A DNA stretch of 64,000 bases, taken from contig NC_052149.1 in the NCBI RefSeq assembly GCF_902713615.1, forward strand, positions 126,111,256 to 126,175,255. The letters are read 5' to 3'. Every line of letters starts with the position of its first letter. Position 1 is the first letter of the stretch. Of this stretch, positions 47,396-60,022 are shown piece after piece. Source of the DNA: Scyliorhinus canicula (Eukaryota). The position numbers and the translations under genes are program-made. The notes under the pieces were generated by a model that worked only from the letters and a program-made list of their open reading frames with translations, was not told the origin of the DNA and made no database searches.

Positions 47396-49525
47396 CTCCT
47401 CTGAGCTTCAAGTCCACATCCTCTCCATCACGGAGGCCCCTTATTTCCATATCCACTGATGTGACCATCAATTCATGAGACACGTGGTTGGAAGTGAACA
47501 GTGGTTTTAATAGTCTTACAACAGAGGCTGCCTGCGACGTGATGAACTGGCAGGCAGGCTCACGACTGCAAAGCTTTATACTTCCGGTTAGTGGAAGGAG
47601 CCATGGGCGGAACCATGGGCGGAGCCAAGGTGGAGCCCAGTACAAACTCCTCATCTCCCCCTATGGGCAGAGCCGCGCAACTGCTCGTATACCGAGCTTA
47701 CATGAATACAACACGTCATATAACAACAGTGTGAATTAAGAGGAGTGTGATTCACCACATCCACAACATTGTCCGTCTCTACACTACATCAGCCCCTTGA
47801 GCACAGAACCCCTTATCCCGGCTTGTCCCGCCTCCTAACTCTATTATTCTGATATCCTCTCCTGGCTTCCTTTATTCACACTCCCCATCCTGTCCCAAAT
47901 GCAGTGGGTCTGTACCCTGTCACGCACAAACTGTTACCCCAGCAGTACCCCTGATCTCACTGACCTATTACCCCTAACCTCATGAAAACATTGAAACATA
48001 GAAAATAGGTGGAGTGGGCCATTCGGCCCTTCAAGCCTGCACCACCATTCAATATGATCATTGCTGATTATGCAAATTCAGAATTCCACTCCCGCTTTCT
48101 CTCCATACCCCTTGATCCCTTTAGCTGCAAGGACCACGTCTAGTTATCTCTTGAATATATCCAACGAACTGAACCCAACAGCTTTCTGTGGTAGAGGATT
48201 CCACAAGTTCACAACTCTCGGAGAGAAGAAGCTCTTCCTCATATCAGACCTGAATGGCTGCCCCTTATTCTCAGGCTGTGACCCCTTGTTCTGGACGTCC
48301 CGAACATCGGGAACATTCTTCCCACATCCAGCCTGTCCAGTCTCATTAGGATTTTATATGTTTCTATGAATTCCCTCTCAGTCTTCTAAACTCCAGTACA
48401 AGCCCAGTCTTTCTTCAGTCCTGCCATCCCGGGAATTAGCCTTCGCTGTACACCCTCAATAGCAAGAATGTCCTTCCTCAAACCAGGAGACCAAAACTGC
48501 ACGCATTACTCAAAGCATGTCCTCACATAGGGCAGCACGGTGGCCTAGTGGTTAGCACAACCGCCTCACGGCGCTGAGGTCCCAGGTTCGATCCCGGTTC
48601 TGGGTCACTGTCCGTGTGGAGTTTGCACATTCTCCCTGTGTCTGCGTGGGTTTCGCCCCCACAACCCAAAAATGTGCAGAGTAGGTGGATGGGCCACGCT
48701 AAATTGCCCCTTAATTGAAAAAAAAAATAATTGGGTAGTCTAAATTTAAAAAAAAAAAGCATGTCCTCACCAAGGTCCTGTATAACTGCAGCAAGGCTTC
48801 CCTGCTCCTATACTCAAATAATGGGGCAGCACGGTAGCATGGTGGTTAGCATAAATGCTTCACAGCTCCAGGGTTCCAGGTTCGATTCCCGGCTGGGTCA
48901 CTGTCTGTGTGGAGTCTGCATGTCCTCCCCGTGTGTGCGTGGGTTTCCTCCGGGTGCTCCGGTTTCCTCCCACAGTCCAAAGATGTGCGGGTTAGGTGGA
49001 TTGGCCATGCTAAATTGCCCGTAGTGTCCTAAAAAGTAAGGTTAAGGGTGGGGGGGGGGGGCGTTGTTGGGTTACGGGTATAGGGTGGATACGTGGGTTT
49101 GAGTAGGGTGATCATTGCTCGGCACAACATCGAGGGCCAAAGGACCTGTTCTGTGCTGTACTGTTCTATTCTATAATTTTGCCATAAAGGCCAGCATACC
49201 ATTAGCTTTCCTCACCGCCTGCTGTACCTGCATGCCGACCTTCAGCTACCGTTCCACCATGACATCCAGGTCTCGTTGCACTTTTCCTAAAGTGCCATCA
49301 TTCAGAGAGTAATCTGCTTTTCTGTTTTTGCCACCGAAGTGCATAATCTCATATTACCCACGTTATATTGCATTTGTCAAGTATTTGCCCACTCAGCCAG
49401 CCTGTCTCGGTTACCCTGCAGTCTCTTTGCATTTTCCTCACGGCACACAGTCACCCAGCTTAGTGTTGTCTGCAAATTTAGAGATATTGCATGCAAATCT
49501 TTCGTCCATATCATTAATGTATATT

Positions 49526-49921
49526 GACCTGTTACGCCTAACCTCACTGACCTGTTTCCCCTAACCTCACTGACCTGTTACCCCTAACCTCACTGACCTG
49601 TTACCCCTAACCTCACTGACCTGTTACCCCTAACCTCACTGACCTGTTACCCCAGACCTCACTGACCTGTTACCCCAGACCTCACTGACCTGTTACCCCT
49701 AACCTCACTGACCTGTTACCCCAGACCTCACTGACCTGTTACCCCTAACCTCACTGACCTGTTACCCCAGACCTCACTGACCTGTTACCCCAGATCTCAC
49801 TGACCTGTTACCCCAGACCTCACTGACCTGTTACCCCAGACCTCACTGACCTGTTACCCCTAACCTCACTGACCTGTTACCCCTAACCTCACTGACCTGT
49901 TACCCCTAACCTCACTGACCT
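49526..49921 (+). repeat. 23-bp minisatellite, ~17 units
   Basis: Read directly. Confidence 0.93.
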
Positions 49922-52900
49922 GGGGCGGAATTATCCGACCCCCCCCAGGGTCAGGGATTCGCCTGGGGCCGGTGTAAATCCCACCCCCGCCGTGGCCGGA
50001 ATTCTCTGCCACCCGGGAATCGACAGGGGCAGGAATCACGCCCTGCCGGTCGGCGGGCCCCCTGCAGCGATTCTTCGGCCCGGGATGGGCTGAAGTCCCG
50101 CCGCTGTCAGGCCTCTCCCGCCGACGTGGTTTAAACCACCTCTGTGCCGGCGGGATTGGTGGCACGGGCAGGCCCCCGGGGTCCCGGGGGGGGGGGGGGG
50201 GGGGGGGGGGCGCGGGGCGATCGGACATCGGGGGTGCCCCCACGGTGGCCTGGCCCGTGATCGGGGCCCACCGATCGGTGGGCGGGCCTGGGCCGTGGGG
50301 GCACTCATTTTCTTCCGCCGCCGCCACGGCCTCCACCATGGAGGAGGCGGAAGAGACACCCTCCACCGTGCATGCGGCAGTGGTGACGTCAGCGGCTGCT
50401 GACGCTCCGGCGCATGCGCGGACTCATGCCGACCGGCGAAGGCCTATCGGCGATGCCGGGCGGCGTGGCGCCAAAGGCAGTTGGCGGAGCGGGAGCCACT
50501 CCGGCGCGGGCCTAGCCCCTAAAGGTGCGGAGAATTCTGAACCTTTGGGGAGGCCCGACGCCGGAGTGGTTGGCGCCACTCCGCTACGCCGGGACCCCCC
50601 CCCGCCCCGCCGGGTAGGGGAGAATTTCACCCATGTTTCCCGGGTGCCTGTGACCTATTACCCCAGACCTCACTGAACTGTTACCCCTTACCTCACTGAC
50701 CCACAATCTCTGTCCTCCAATTACCTTCATGGAAGCGTCATTCCTCCCTACCCTTGTGTTCTGCTGCAGACTCACATTGTCACCCTCACCCCTCCATCTT
50801 CTGACTCTGGTCTCCTGCCCATCGCTGTTTGCTTCATCCCACCATTGGCAGCAGAGCTTTCAGACGCCTTGGCTCTGCTCTCTGAACTCTGTCCTTTAAT
50901 CTCTTCCCCTCTCCTGGCTTCTTTTTTCTCCATCAAACTTAATCTGTTCACCTCAGCCTTTTATCAATCTTCCTAAGGTCCCCCCAGCCCCTTCCCCGCT
51001 GCTCTTACTGCCTCTCTGTGAAATATCCTGGGATGTTTTTACACATTAAGGCGCTAGATATATTCAGGATGCGAGTAGATTCTGGGTGGGGACAAAAGTG
51101 GACAAAATGGTGATGGATCTTGCAGTCAAATATCCTGCTGAGAGGGTCCAGAATGCCACACACAAAATAGGGAAGTAGGGTGGAGTTTTTTAAATGTTTC
51201 CATTTCTGGGACTTGGGGGTCACGATCCAGAACAGCTTTCATTGCCCATCCCTAATTCTCCTTGGAAAGGTGCTTGAACCGCTGCAGGCCCTTTGGTGTA
51301 GGAACATCCACTGTGCAGTTAGGGAGGGAGTTCCAGGACTTTGACCCAGTGACAGTGAAGGAACGGCGATATATTTCCAAGTCAGAATGGTGAGTAACTT
51401 GGAGGGGAACTTACAGATGATGGTGCTCCACTTATCTGCTGCCCTTGTCTCTCTAGATGTCTCTCTTTGATGTACCATCAATCGGACTCGAGTCGTGAAG
51501 AAGTTCCAAATATCAGGCTTTAATTAACTAGTTGTGTGCCCGGCAGTCGACTTACAGAGAAAGGCCGACTGCCGGCTGTTACGGGTTCTTATACCCCGCC
51601 TCGTAGGAGGGGCTACCGGCCTCTCGGCCAATCGGCGAGCAGTCACATGACTAGCCTCAGCCAATTGGCAGAGAGGTACATGACCTGCCTGAGCCAATGG
51701 GCAGCGAGACCTCTGCACCAATGGCAGCACTGCTCTGAGGTACCGTAAACCTCCTAGTCATACCACCACAGATGGTAGAGGTCATGAGTTTGGAAGGTGT
51801 TGCCTGAGTAAACTTGGTGAGTTTCTGCAGGGCATCTTGTAGATGGTACACACAGCAGCTACTGTACGTTGGTGGTGGAGGGAGTGATTGTTTTATGGAA
51901 GGGCTGTTAATCAAGCGGCTACTTTGTCCTGGATGGTGTCGAGCTTCTTGAGTGTTGTTAGAGCTGCACTCACCCAGGCAAGTAGAGAGTATCACACTCC
52001 TGACTTGTGCCTTTGGTATCTCTCACCTCACCTCTGGCATTCAGCTCTTTTGTCCATGTTTGAACCAAGGCTGTTGTAAATGTCCTTCCTGTTTATCCTT
52101 TACTTCCCATTTCTTTTATTTTTGCTATTACATCTTTAATCCATAGATAACTTATGGACCTGTCTCTTTAAGGAAAGTGGCCTGTGCCTTTAATTTGAAC
52201 AGAAGAATCCAGAAAAGACTGCTGATTGCAGATTGGCCAGTGTCAGTGATGACTCGGTTTGACCGATTTGGCTGGTGGCCAATAAATGACCCCAAAAGGC
52301 CGTGTTCTGCCCGGTAACAGGTTGTGCTTGGATCTGTTCCCACTGAAATGGCTCAGAGACCTAATGTGGTTTCAGTTTCGCGATGGAAGCTGAGAGATAA
52401 AACTTATCTTTTTTTCACTTTGTTCCAGAAATAACCACCAAATTCTCACCAAATGCCCACTTTGGGAATCAGCTCTCGCTGCAGAAAAGGCTGATGTGAA
52501 GCCAGGCGCCTGGGCTGGAAAAGCTGTGAGTAAGGTCTACTGCTGAACGGCAAAGAAGATAATTGCGAGCTGTAGTTCAGCAACGTTAATCCACACTCAT
52601 ACTGTGAAGAAAGTACATTAAAGAACTCATCATCTGAAGCAAGGACTCTTATCTTTTGATCTGAAGGCTTATTATTGTAGCTCCTTTCCACCCCTCTGTG
52701 TTTGTTTGTCTAGTGTGTGTGGGTGGAGGGTGGGACAGTTAAAGGAGGAGTCAGGTGCTAACATGTCATTAAGCAACTGTGTTTACTGCATATTTCATAT
52801 TTGTCCTTGTTATAAATAAAAAGTAATTGTGAATAAACTTACAAACCTGGTGACTGTAATTATCAGATAGCCAAAGGCCAAATGTTTTGGGTATCTTTAT

Positions 52901-55729
52901 GAGAATTATTGGTTAATTCACTTGTGTTGTGACTCTGGGCATGTGGGGCTGGAATTGACCGTGCACTTGCCCAGTGTAATGAGGTCAGGAGCTGAGTGAC
53001 CCTGGCACAACCCAAACTGGGCGTCCGTGAGCAGGTTATTGTGAAGTAAGTACCACTTGATAGCACTGTTGATGACCCCTTCCATCAATTGACTGATGAT
53101 TGAGAGTAGACTGATGGGGAGGTAATTGTCCTATTTCTTGTGGGCTGGATATGCCTGGGCAAGTTTCCACATTGCTGTACTGGAACAGCTTGGCTAGGGG
53201 TGCGGCAAGTTCTTGAGCACAAGTCGTCAGTACTATTGCTGGAATATTTACAGGGCACACAGCCTGTGCAGTATCCAGGGCCTTCAGCCATTTCTTGATA
53301 TCACGTGGAGTGAATCGAATTGGGTGAAGATTGATATCTGTGATGCTGCAGACCTCTGGAGGAGACCGAGACGGATCATCCACTCGGCCCTTCTGGCTGA
53401 ACATTATTGCGAATGTTTGATCCTTGTTTTTGCACAGATGTGCTGAGTTCCCACATCATTAAGGGTGGAGATATTTTGGAACCTCCTCCTCCAGCGGGAT
53501 GTTTAATTATCCACCACCATTAACAACTGGATGTGGCAGGACGGTAGAGCTTAAATATGATCCATTGGTTGTGGGATCGCTTAGCTCTGTCTGTCACTTG
53601 CTGCGTGTGCTGTTTGGTAGCTTCCCCAGGTTGACACCCCATTTTTCGGTCTGCCTGGTGCTGCTCCTTGTGTCCTCCTGCACTCTTCATTGAACCAGCG
53701 TTGACCCCCTGGGTTGGTGATAATGGTCGAGTGAGGAATATGTTGGGCCTTGAGGTAACAGACTGTGGTTGAATACAATTCTGTTGCTGCTGATGGCCCA
53801 CAGCATCTCACGGGTGCCCAATCTTGAGTTGCTTGATCCCTTTGAAGTCTATCCCATTTTGCATGGCAGTAGTGCCACACATGATGCAGGGTTCCTCAAT
53901 GTGAAGATGGGACTTTATCCCTGCGTGTGGTGGTCACTCCTACCAATACTGTCATGGACAGATGTATCTGTGGCAGGCAGGTTGGTGAGGATGAGGTCAA
54001 GTATGTTTGTCCCTCTTGTTGGTTCCCTCACCACCTGCTGCAGTCCCAGTCAAGCAGCTATGTCCTTTATAACTCTGGCCAGCTCGGTCTGTGGCAGTAC
54101 TACTGAGCCACTCTTGGACATTGAACGTCCCCACCCAGAAAACAATTGCCCCATTTCCTCAGCGCTACTTCCAATTAGTGTTCAACATGGTGGAGTTCTG
54201 ATTCATAAACTGCAGTCGATGGTAACCAGCAGGAGGTTTCCTTGTCCATGTTTGACTGGTACCATGAAGCTACATGGAGTCTGGATTCAATGTTGAGGAC
54301 TCTCAGGGCAATTCCCGACAGTATACCACTGTGTCACCACCTCTGCTGGGTCTGTCCTGCCGGTGAGACAGGACATACCCAGGGATGGTGATGGTGGTGT
54401 CTGGGACATTATCTGTAAGGTATGATTCTGTGGGTGTGACTATGTCAGGCTGTTGCTGACTAGTCTGTGGGACAGCTCTCCCAATTCTAACACAAGCCCC
54501 CAGATATCAGGAAGGAGGACTTTGCAGGGTCGACAGGGCTGGGTTTGCCGTTGTTGTTTCCGGGGTCTATGTCGATGCCGGGTGGTCTGTTCGGTTTCAT
54601 TCCTTTTAGAATTTTCAGCGATTTGATACAACTGAGTGGCTATTTCAGAGTCAACCACATTGCTGTGGGTCTGGAGTCACATGTAGGCCAGACCAGGTAA
54701 GGACGGCAGATTCCCTTCCCTAAAGGACATTAGTGAACCAGACGGGTATGTGCGACAATCGACAATGTTTCATGGTCACCATTACTGAGACAAGCTTTTA
54801 ATTCCAGATTTATTCATTGAATTAATTGAATTTAAATTCCACCAGCTGCCATGGTGGGATTTGAACCTGTGACCAGAGCATTAGCCTGGGCCTCTGGATT
54901 ACTAGTCCAGTGACATTACCACTACACCACGGCCTCCCCCACATTGTGCTGTGGGGCTCCATGGAACTGTATCCCAGCATGGAGTGTCCCTCAGGAGGGG
55001 AGAGGGAATGTTCGGAGCCCTGAGCTCCATTTCCCAGCCCAGGCATTTTATCTTCCAATAAATGAATGAGATGCCAATTTGGAGCCAGGTTAGGGACAGT
55101 CTCGTGCTGTGGACCCAGGCCTACAAGAGGCAATTGGAGATATCCCTGAAAGGGAAAGATTAGCTGGGTTATGGGGATAGAGAGGGGGAGTGGGACTAAT
55201 TGGGTAAGTCACAGCACGATGGGCAGAATGGCCTCCTTCTGTGCTGGAAGATTCGAGGTAGTGGACACGGTTCACAGTTTTCTCCCGTGTCAGTAACAAA
55301 CATCCAGCTGCTCTGAGCCCCTTCTTTCACTTCCTCTGTTGGTTACGTTTCAATCTTCCTATCTGACAGTCTTTGCTGTTATTTTTTACACTGGGGGTTT
55401 CTGCTGTGGTCTGAATCTCTAACAATAACTGTCCAATCAGTGAAAAGAACAGCAGCTAAGAGCAGTCAGGACTGAGGAGCCAGGCTCACTGGGAAACACA
55501 TTGGGAAGATCAAAGCCATCGTCTTCAGCTCCCGATACAAACTCCATCACTCTCCCTGAGCTCTGTCTGCTGCTCAACCAGACTCTTTACAACATTGGCC
55601 TCATCTCTCTGTTCCTCCACAATTCCCAGCTTCCCACCATTTAGAAATGACTCTGATTTCTCTTTCTTTGGTCCAAAGTGGATGATTTCACAGCCCCACA
55701 TTGAACTCCATCTGCCATTGTCTTCAGTC

Positions 55730-56200
55730 CCCATCACAATCTCTGTTCCCCAGACACTGATTCCATCCTCTCTCTGGGCCTGTCTGACTCTGAACCACAC
55801 AGTTCACAGCCGTGGTGTCCTATTTGACCCTGAGATGAGCTTCCCACCACATCATCCGCTCCATCACTAAGACGGCCTATTTCCCCCTCGGTAACATCGC
55901 CCAAGTCCGTCCTGCCTCACATCATCTGCTGCTGAGAATCTCCTCCATGTCTTTGTTCCCTCTAAACGTGACTATTCCAATGCTGTCCTGGCCGGCCTTA
56001 CACCTACCACCCTCCGTAAACATCAGCTGATCCAAAACTCTGCTGCCTGGATCTGAACTCACACCAAATCCCGTTCACCCATCACCCCCTCTGCTCACTG
56101 ACCTACACTGACTCCCGGTCCAGCAATGCCTCGATTTTAAATTCCCATCCTTGTTCTCAAACCTCACCCTGTCCTCTACCCTCCCTATCTCTGTAACCTC
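55730..56200 (+). mobile_element. Degenerate L2 RT 3' fragment
   Basis: GVLFDPEMSF..HI.SITKTAY..DYSNA.LAG..QLIQNSAA-like remnants. Confidence 0.7.
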
Positions 56201-56617
56201 CTCCAAGCTGCCTAACTTAGTGTGGTCAGTAACTTGGATATATGTCTCTCTATTCCTTTATCCAAGTCATTGAGAAATACAGTGAAAAGCTGAGGCTCCA
56301 GCTCAGATCCCTGGGGACATCACTATTCACATCTTGCTGATTGGAGTCACACACATTATCCCGACTCCCTGTCTCCTACCTCCTAACTAATTCCTCATCC
56401 ATTGCAAAAGCTTTCCTCAAATTCCATATGCTTCCATTTTATCACCAGTCTCTCATGTGACACCTTCTTGACTGTCTTCTGGAAACCCATATAAATAACA
56501 TCTGTTATATTAGTTGGAATAATGTATGTAACTCATTTGTTTATGCCGAGATGTACTTAACTTTGATGATGATGAATGCTAGAAGTCGTCCAGTGATAAC
56601 AAATAATTTTTTTTGTC

Positions 56618-56832
56618 TTTTATAAATTCCAATTCATTTTTCCCAATTAAGGGACAATTTAGCGTGTTCAATCCACCTACCCTGCACATCTTTGGGTTGT
56701 GGGGGTGAGACATACGTAAACACGGGGGGGGATGTGCAAACTCCGCACGGACAGTGACCCAGAGCCGGGATCGAACCTGGGACCTCGGCGCCGTGAGGCA
56801 GCAACGCTAATCACTGCGTCACCGTGCTGCCC
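56618..56832 (-). mobile_element. HE1-type SINE
   Basis: A/B-box head and V-domain core. Confidence 0.85.
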
Positions 56833-57284
56833 GGTGATAACAACTCATTTATTGAGTTACTAATCAATTAACTTGTGGGTTTGATTCTTAAATACTTTTA
56901 CTAGTTGTTAAATTACACAAGATAGAATTAGATTAACTGTGAATTTTATACTTTGCACTCTGATCTCACTATACACTTCTGATCTCTAGCCACACCACAC
57001 CCAAAGAGAGCCGGAAAACAAGTTGAGCTTACATTTATACCCCCTGTTAGTGTTGTCCTCTAGTGATCTTCCGAATATACTGACTACACATTATCCCTTT
57101 ATGTATATACATAAACAGAGATCACTACAACATCCATTGACATTCCCTTATCTATCAGTTGGTGACCTCGTTAACAAATGTAACCAGGTTAGTGAACCAT
57201 GTCTGACCCTTTTTAAATCCTTGCTGACTCGGATCAGTTCATATTTCTCACTCATTTTGTGTTGAATAACAGTTTCCAGTCAAT

Positions 57285-57594
57285 GGGCAGCGCGGTAGCA
57301 CAGTGGTTAGCTTTGCTGCTTCACAGAGCCAGGGACCAGAGTTCGATTCCCGACTTGGGTTACTGTCTGTGTGGAGTCTGCACGCTCTCCCTGTGTCTGC
57401 GTGGGCTTCTTCCGGGTGCTCTGGTTTCTTCCCACAAGTCTTTAAAGACGTGCTGTTAGATGAATTTGACATTTTGAATTCTCCGTCAGTGTACCCGAAC
57501 AGACACCGGAATGTGTCGACTGCGGGCTTTTCACAGTAACTTCATTGTAGTGTTAATGTAAGCCTACTTATGGCACAAATGAAGATTAATTATT
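57285..57594 (+). mobile_element. HE1/V-SINE
   Basis: A/B-box head and V-domain core. Confidence 0.85.
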
Positions 57595-57717
57595 TAACAG
57601 ACATAAACTGAGATGTTTGTTGCAAATGACTCTAGTATACAGCTAGCACAGACCCGAAGGGCTGAATGGCCTCCTCCTGTACTGTAGACTTATCTGGCTC
57701 CTCAGCTGAAACATATG

Positions 57718-59204
57718 AGGCGAGATTCTCCAACCCCGGCCGGGTCGGAGAATCGCTGAAAGGGACGCGTTTCATACGACGCTGCTTCGACGCGGGTCCG
57801 CTGATTCTCTGGTGAACCCCCCGGGTGATTCTCCCTGCACGATGGGCCGTGTGCCCTCCGGGTTAGGCCGAGTCCCGCCTACGCCGTTCTCGTATGGTCC
57901 TACCCGGCGGGACCTCGGCATTTATGTTGCGGGGGGCGGCCTGGTGGGGAGGAGGGGGATCCGACCCCGGGGGGCGGGATTCCACAGTGGCCTGGCCCGC
58001 AATCGGGGCCTTCCAATCGGCAGGTGGGCTTATCCCAGTGGGGGCCTATGTTCCTCCGCGCGGGCCCCTGTAGCTCTCCGCCATTTTGCGTTGGGGCCGG
58101 CGCAGAGAAGGCAACCCATGCGCGAACTCACGCCGGCCGTAGCGCACATGCGCGGACCCCGTTCTGACACCCATATCGACAGCTGGAACAGCATAAGGCT
58201 CTCCAGTGCTGTGCTGGCCACCTGAGAGGCGCAGGATCGCAGATCCTTGGGGTGTAGCCATCTGGGATGGCCACTTCCAGAATACAAAATGGATGTTTGC
58301 AAAGATTGCAGGGAAATATGGACAATGCTAAGATAGCAGGCAGGCATAGAGCCTGCAGGTGTATTGGAACCACAGCTCCCAGACGAGACTGAAACTGTAG
58401 GTCCATTAACATATTGATGGCCCATCTCCGGGAACAAAGGGAGATACTCAAATAACCGATCTGGCTCCAGACCTCACGGCGCCAGTTCCCCAAACCGAAA
58501 GCGTAAACAAAGCCAGGCCAACGGCCACCTAGGACACGCCCAGCCATCAGGGCATCCACCCCTTTATTGGTCAAGATCAATACGAGTGATCAAGATACGG
58601 CCCAATTGATTGGGGCCAAGTTCAAGGCCCGCCCAAAAGTGCGCAAAGCCCCTCTGGGTAGAAGAAGGCCCCGAGAAAGAATCTCTCTCTTGGACTCGGC
58701 TCTCGAAGCGGAGAGACCCGTCCACCAGCTGCACCAGAAGCGAGTAAGTCCCAGGTCAACGGTCACCATCAGACAGATGACCTTAGCTGTTCCCCTTCAT
58801 CACTTCGAACCCAGCAGCCTCAGATCCGATCAACGGCCATTGTTCCTCTGACTGAGTGGGCGCCCGAAGCTCAGTACTGGATTTAGCATTAATGATAGTT
58901 TAGTTTGTAGTATTTTGTGCACGAGTAGATATTGCGGTGTCTGTAAATAAATAGTATTAACTTTGAACTAAATAACTGGTGTACCGGTTCTTAGATCAGT
59001 ATTCAGGTTTAAACCTTGTGGCGGTATCAAAGATACCTGGCGACTCTAAAGCAAACGTAATTAGGATTAAGGAAGGCGACCATATTGACCGCCATATTTA
59101 GAACCAAATAAAGAGAGCAACAGGGGCCACCTGATGCTGTCATAAAACGCTCCAGCGTTTACAACGGTGTCAACATTTAGCCCCAGGATCAGAGAATCCC
59201 GCCC
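57718..59204. mobile_element. Harbinger-type TIR element split by a solo LTR
   Basis: TIRs AGGCGAGATTCTC / GAGAATCCCGCCC; ATG TSD. Confidence 0.8.
58253..59122 (+). mobile_element. 870-bp solo LTR
   Basis: TGTAG...CAACA; GGGG TSD; AATAAA at 58946. Confidence 0.75.
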
Positions 59205-60022
59205 ATGGTCGGAACAGGAGGTGGGCTGGAGTTTAAACAATGAGTTGAATGTAGACGGAGTGTCATTAGTGGGTAATGGACAATGGACATTGTGTACATG
59301 AGCTTCTTGAAAAGATGTCTTTCTCTGTTTCCCTTTCCAGCTCCAGGGCTCTCATTAAGGAGCTGAAAGAATATTTAGTGAAGAAGTTTCCGGACTGTGC
59401 GGGCTGTGTGAAGGGTTTGGGCAGTAACTGATGATTGCAGCTCCTTGTTCTGTCTGTTCCTCCCTCCCCACTGATCAAGCCGTTAACCTCCTGTCACAGT
59501 GAGTGAAATGAGAATGGATATCATAGCGTCAGTCACAGAAACCAACAGCCTCACTGTCTGAGACACTGGGACACACATCACTGCCTAACCTCAAAGAACG
59601 GAGCACTAATCCCCTCCCACCATGCTGAGAAACCATACAGCATGGGAAATATACTGACAAACACCACCTCACACCCAGAGAACAGCTTNNNNNNNNNNNN
59701 NNNNNNNNNNNNNNNNNNNNNNNNNNNNNNNNNNNNNNNNNNNNNNNNNNNNNNNNNNNNNNNNNNNNNNNNNNNNNNNNNNNNNNNNNNNNNNNNNNNN
59801 NNNNNNNNNNNNNNNNNNNNNNNNNNNNNNNNNNNNNNNNNNNNNNNNNNNNNNNNNNNNNNNNNNNNNNNNNNNNNNNNNNNNNNNNNNNNNNNNNNNN
59901 NNNNNNNNNNNNNNNNNNNNNNNNNNNNNNNNNNNNNNNNNNNNNNNNNNNNNNNNNNNNNNNNNNNNNNNNNNNNNNNNNNNNNNNNNNNNNNNNNNNN
60001 NNNNNNNNNNNNNNNNNNNNNN

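Larger units (their letters stand above)
39093..54942 (+). repeat. Segmental duplication copy 2
   Basis: See copy 1. Confidence 0.95.
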
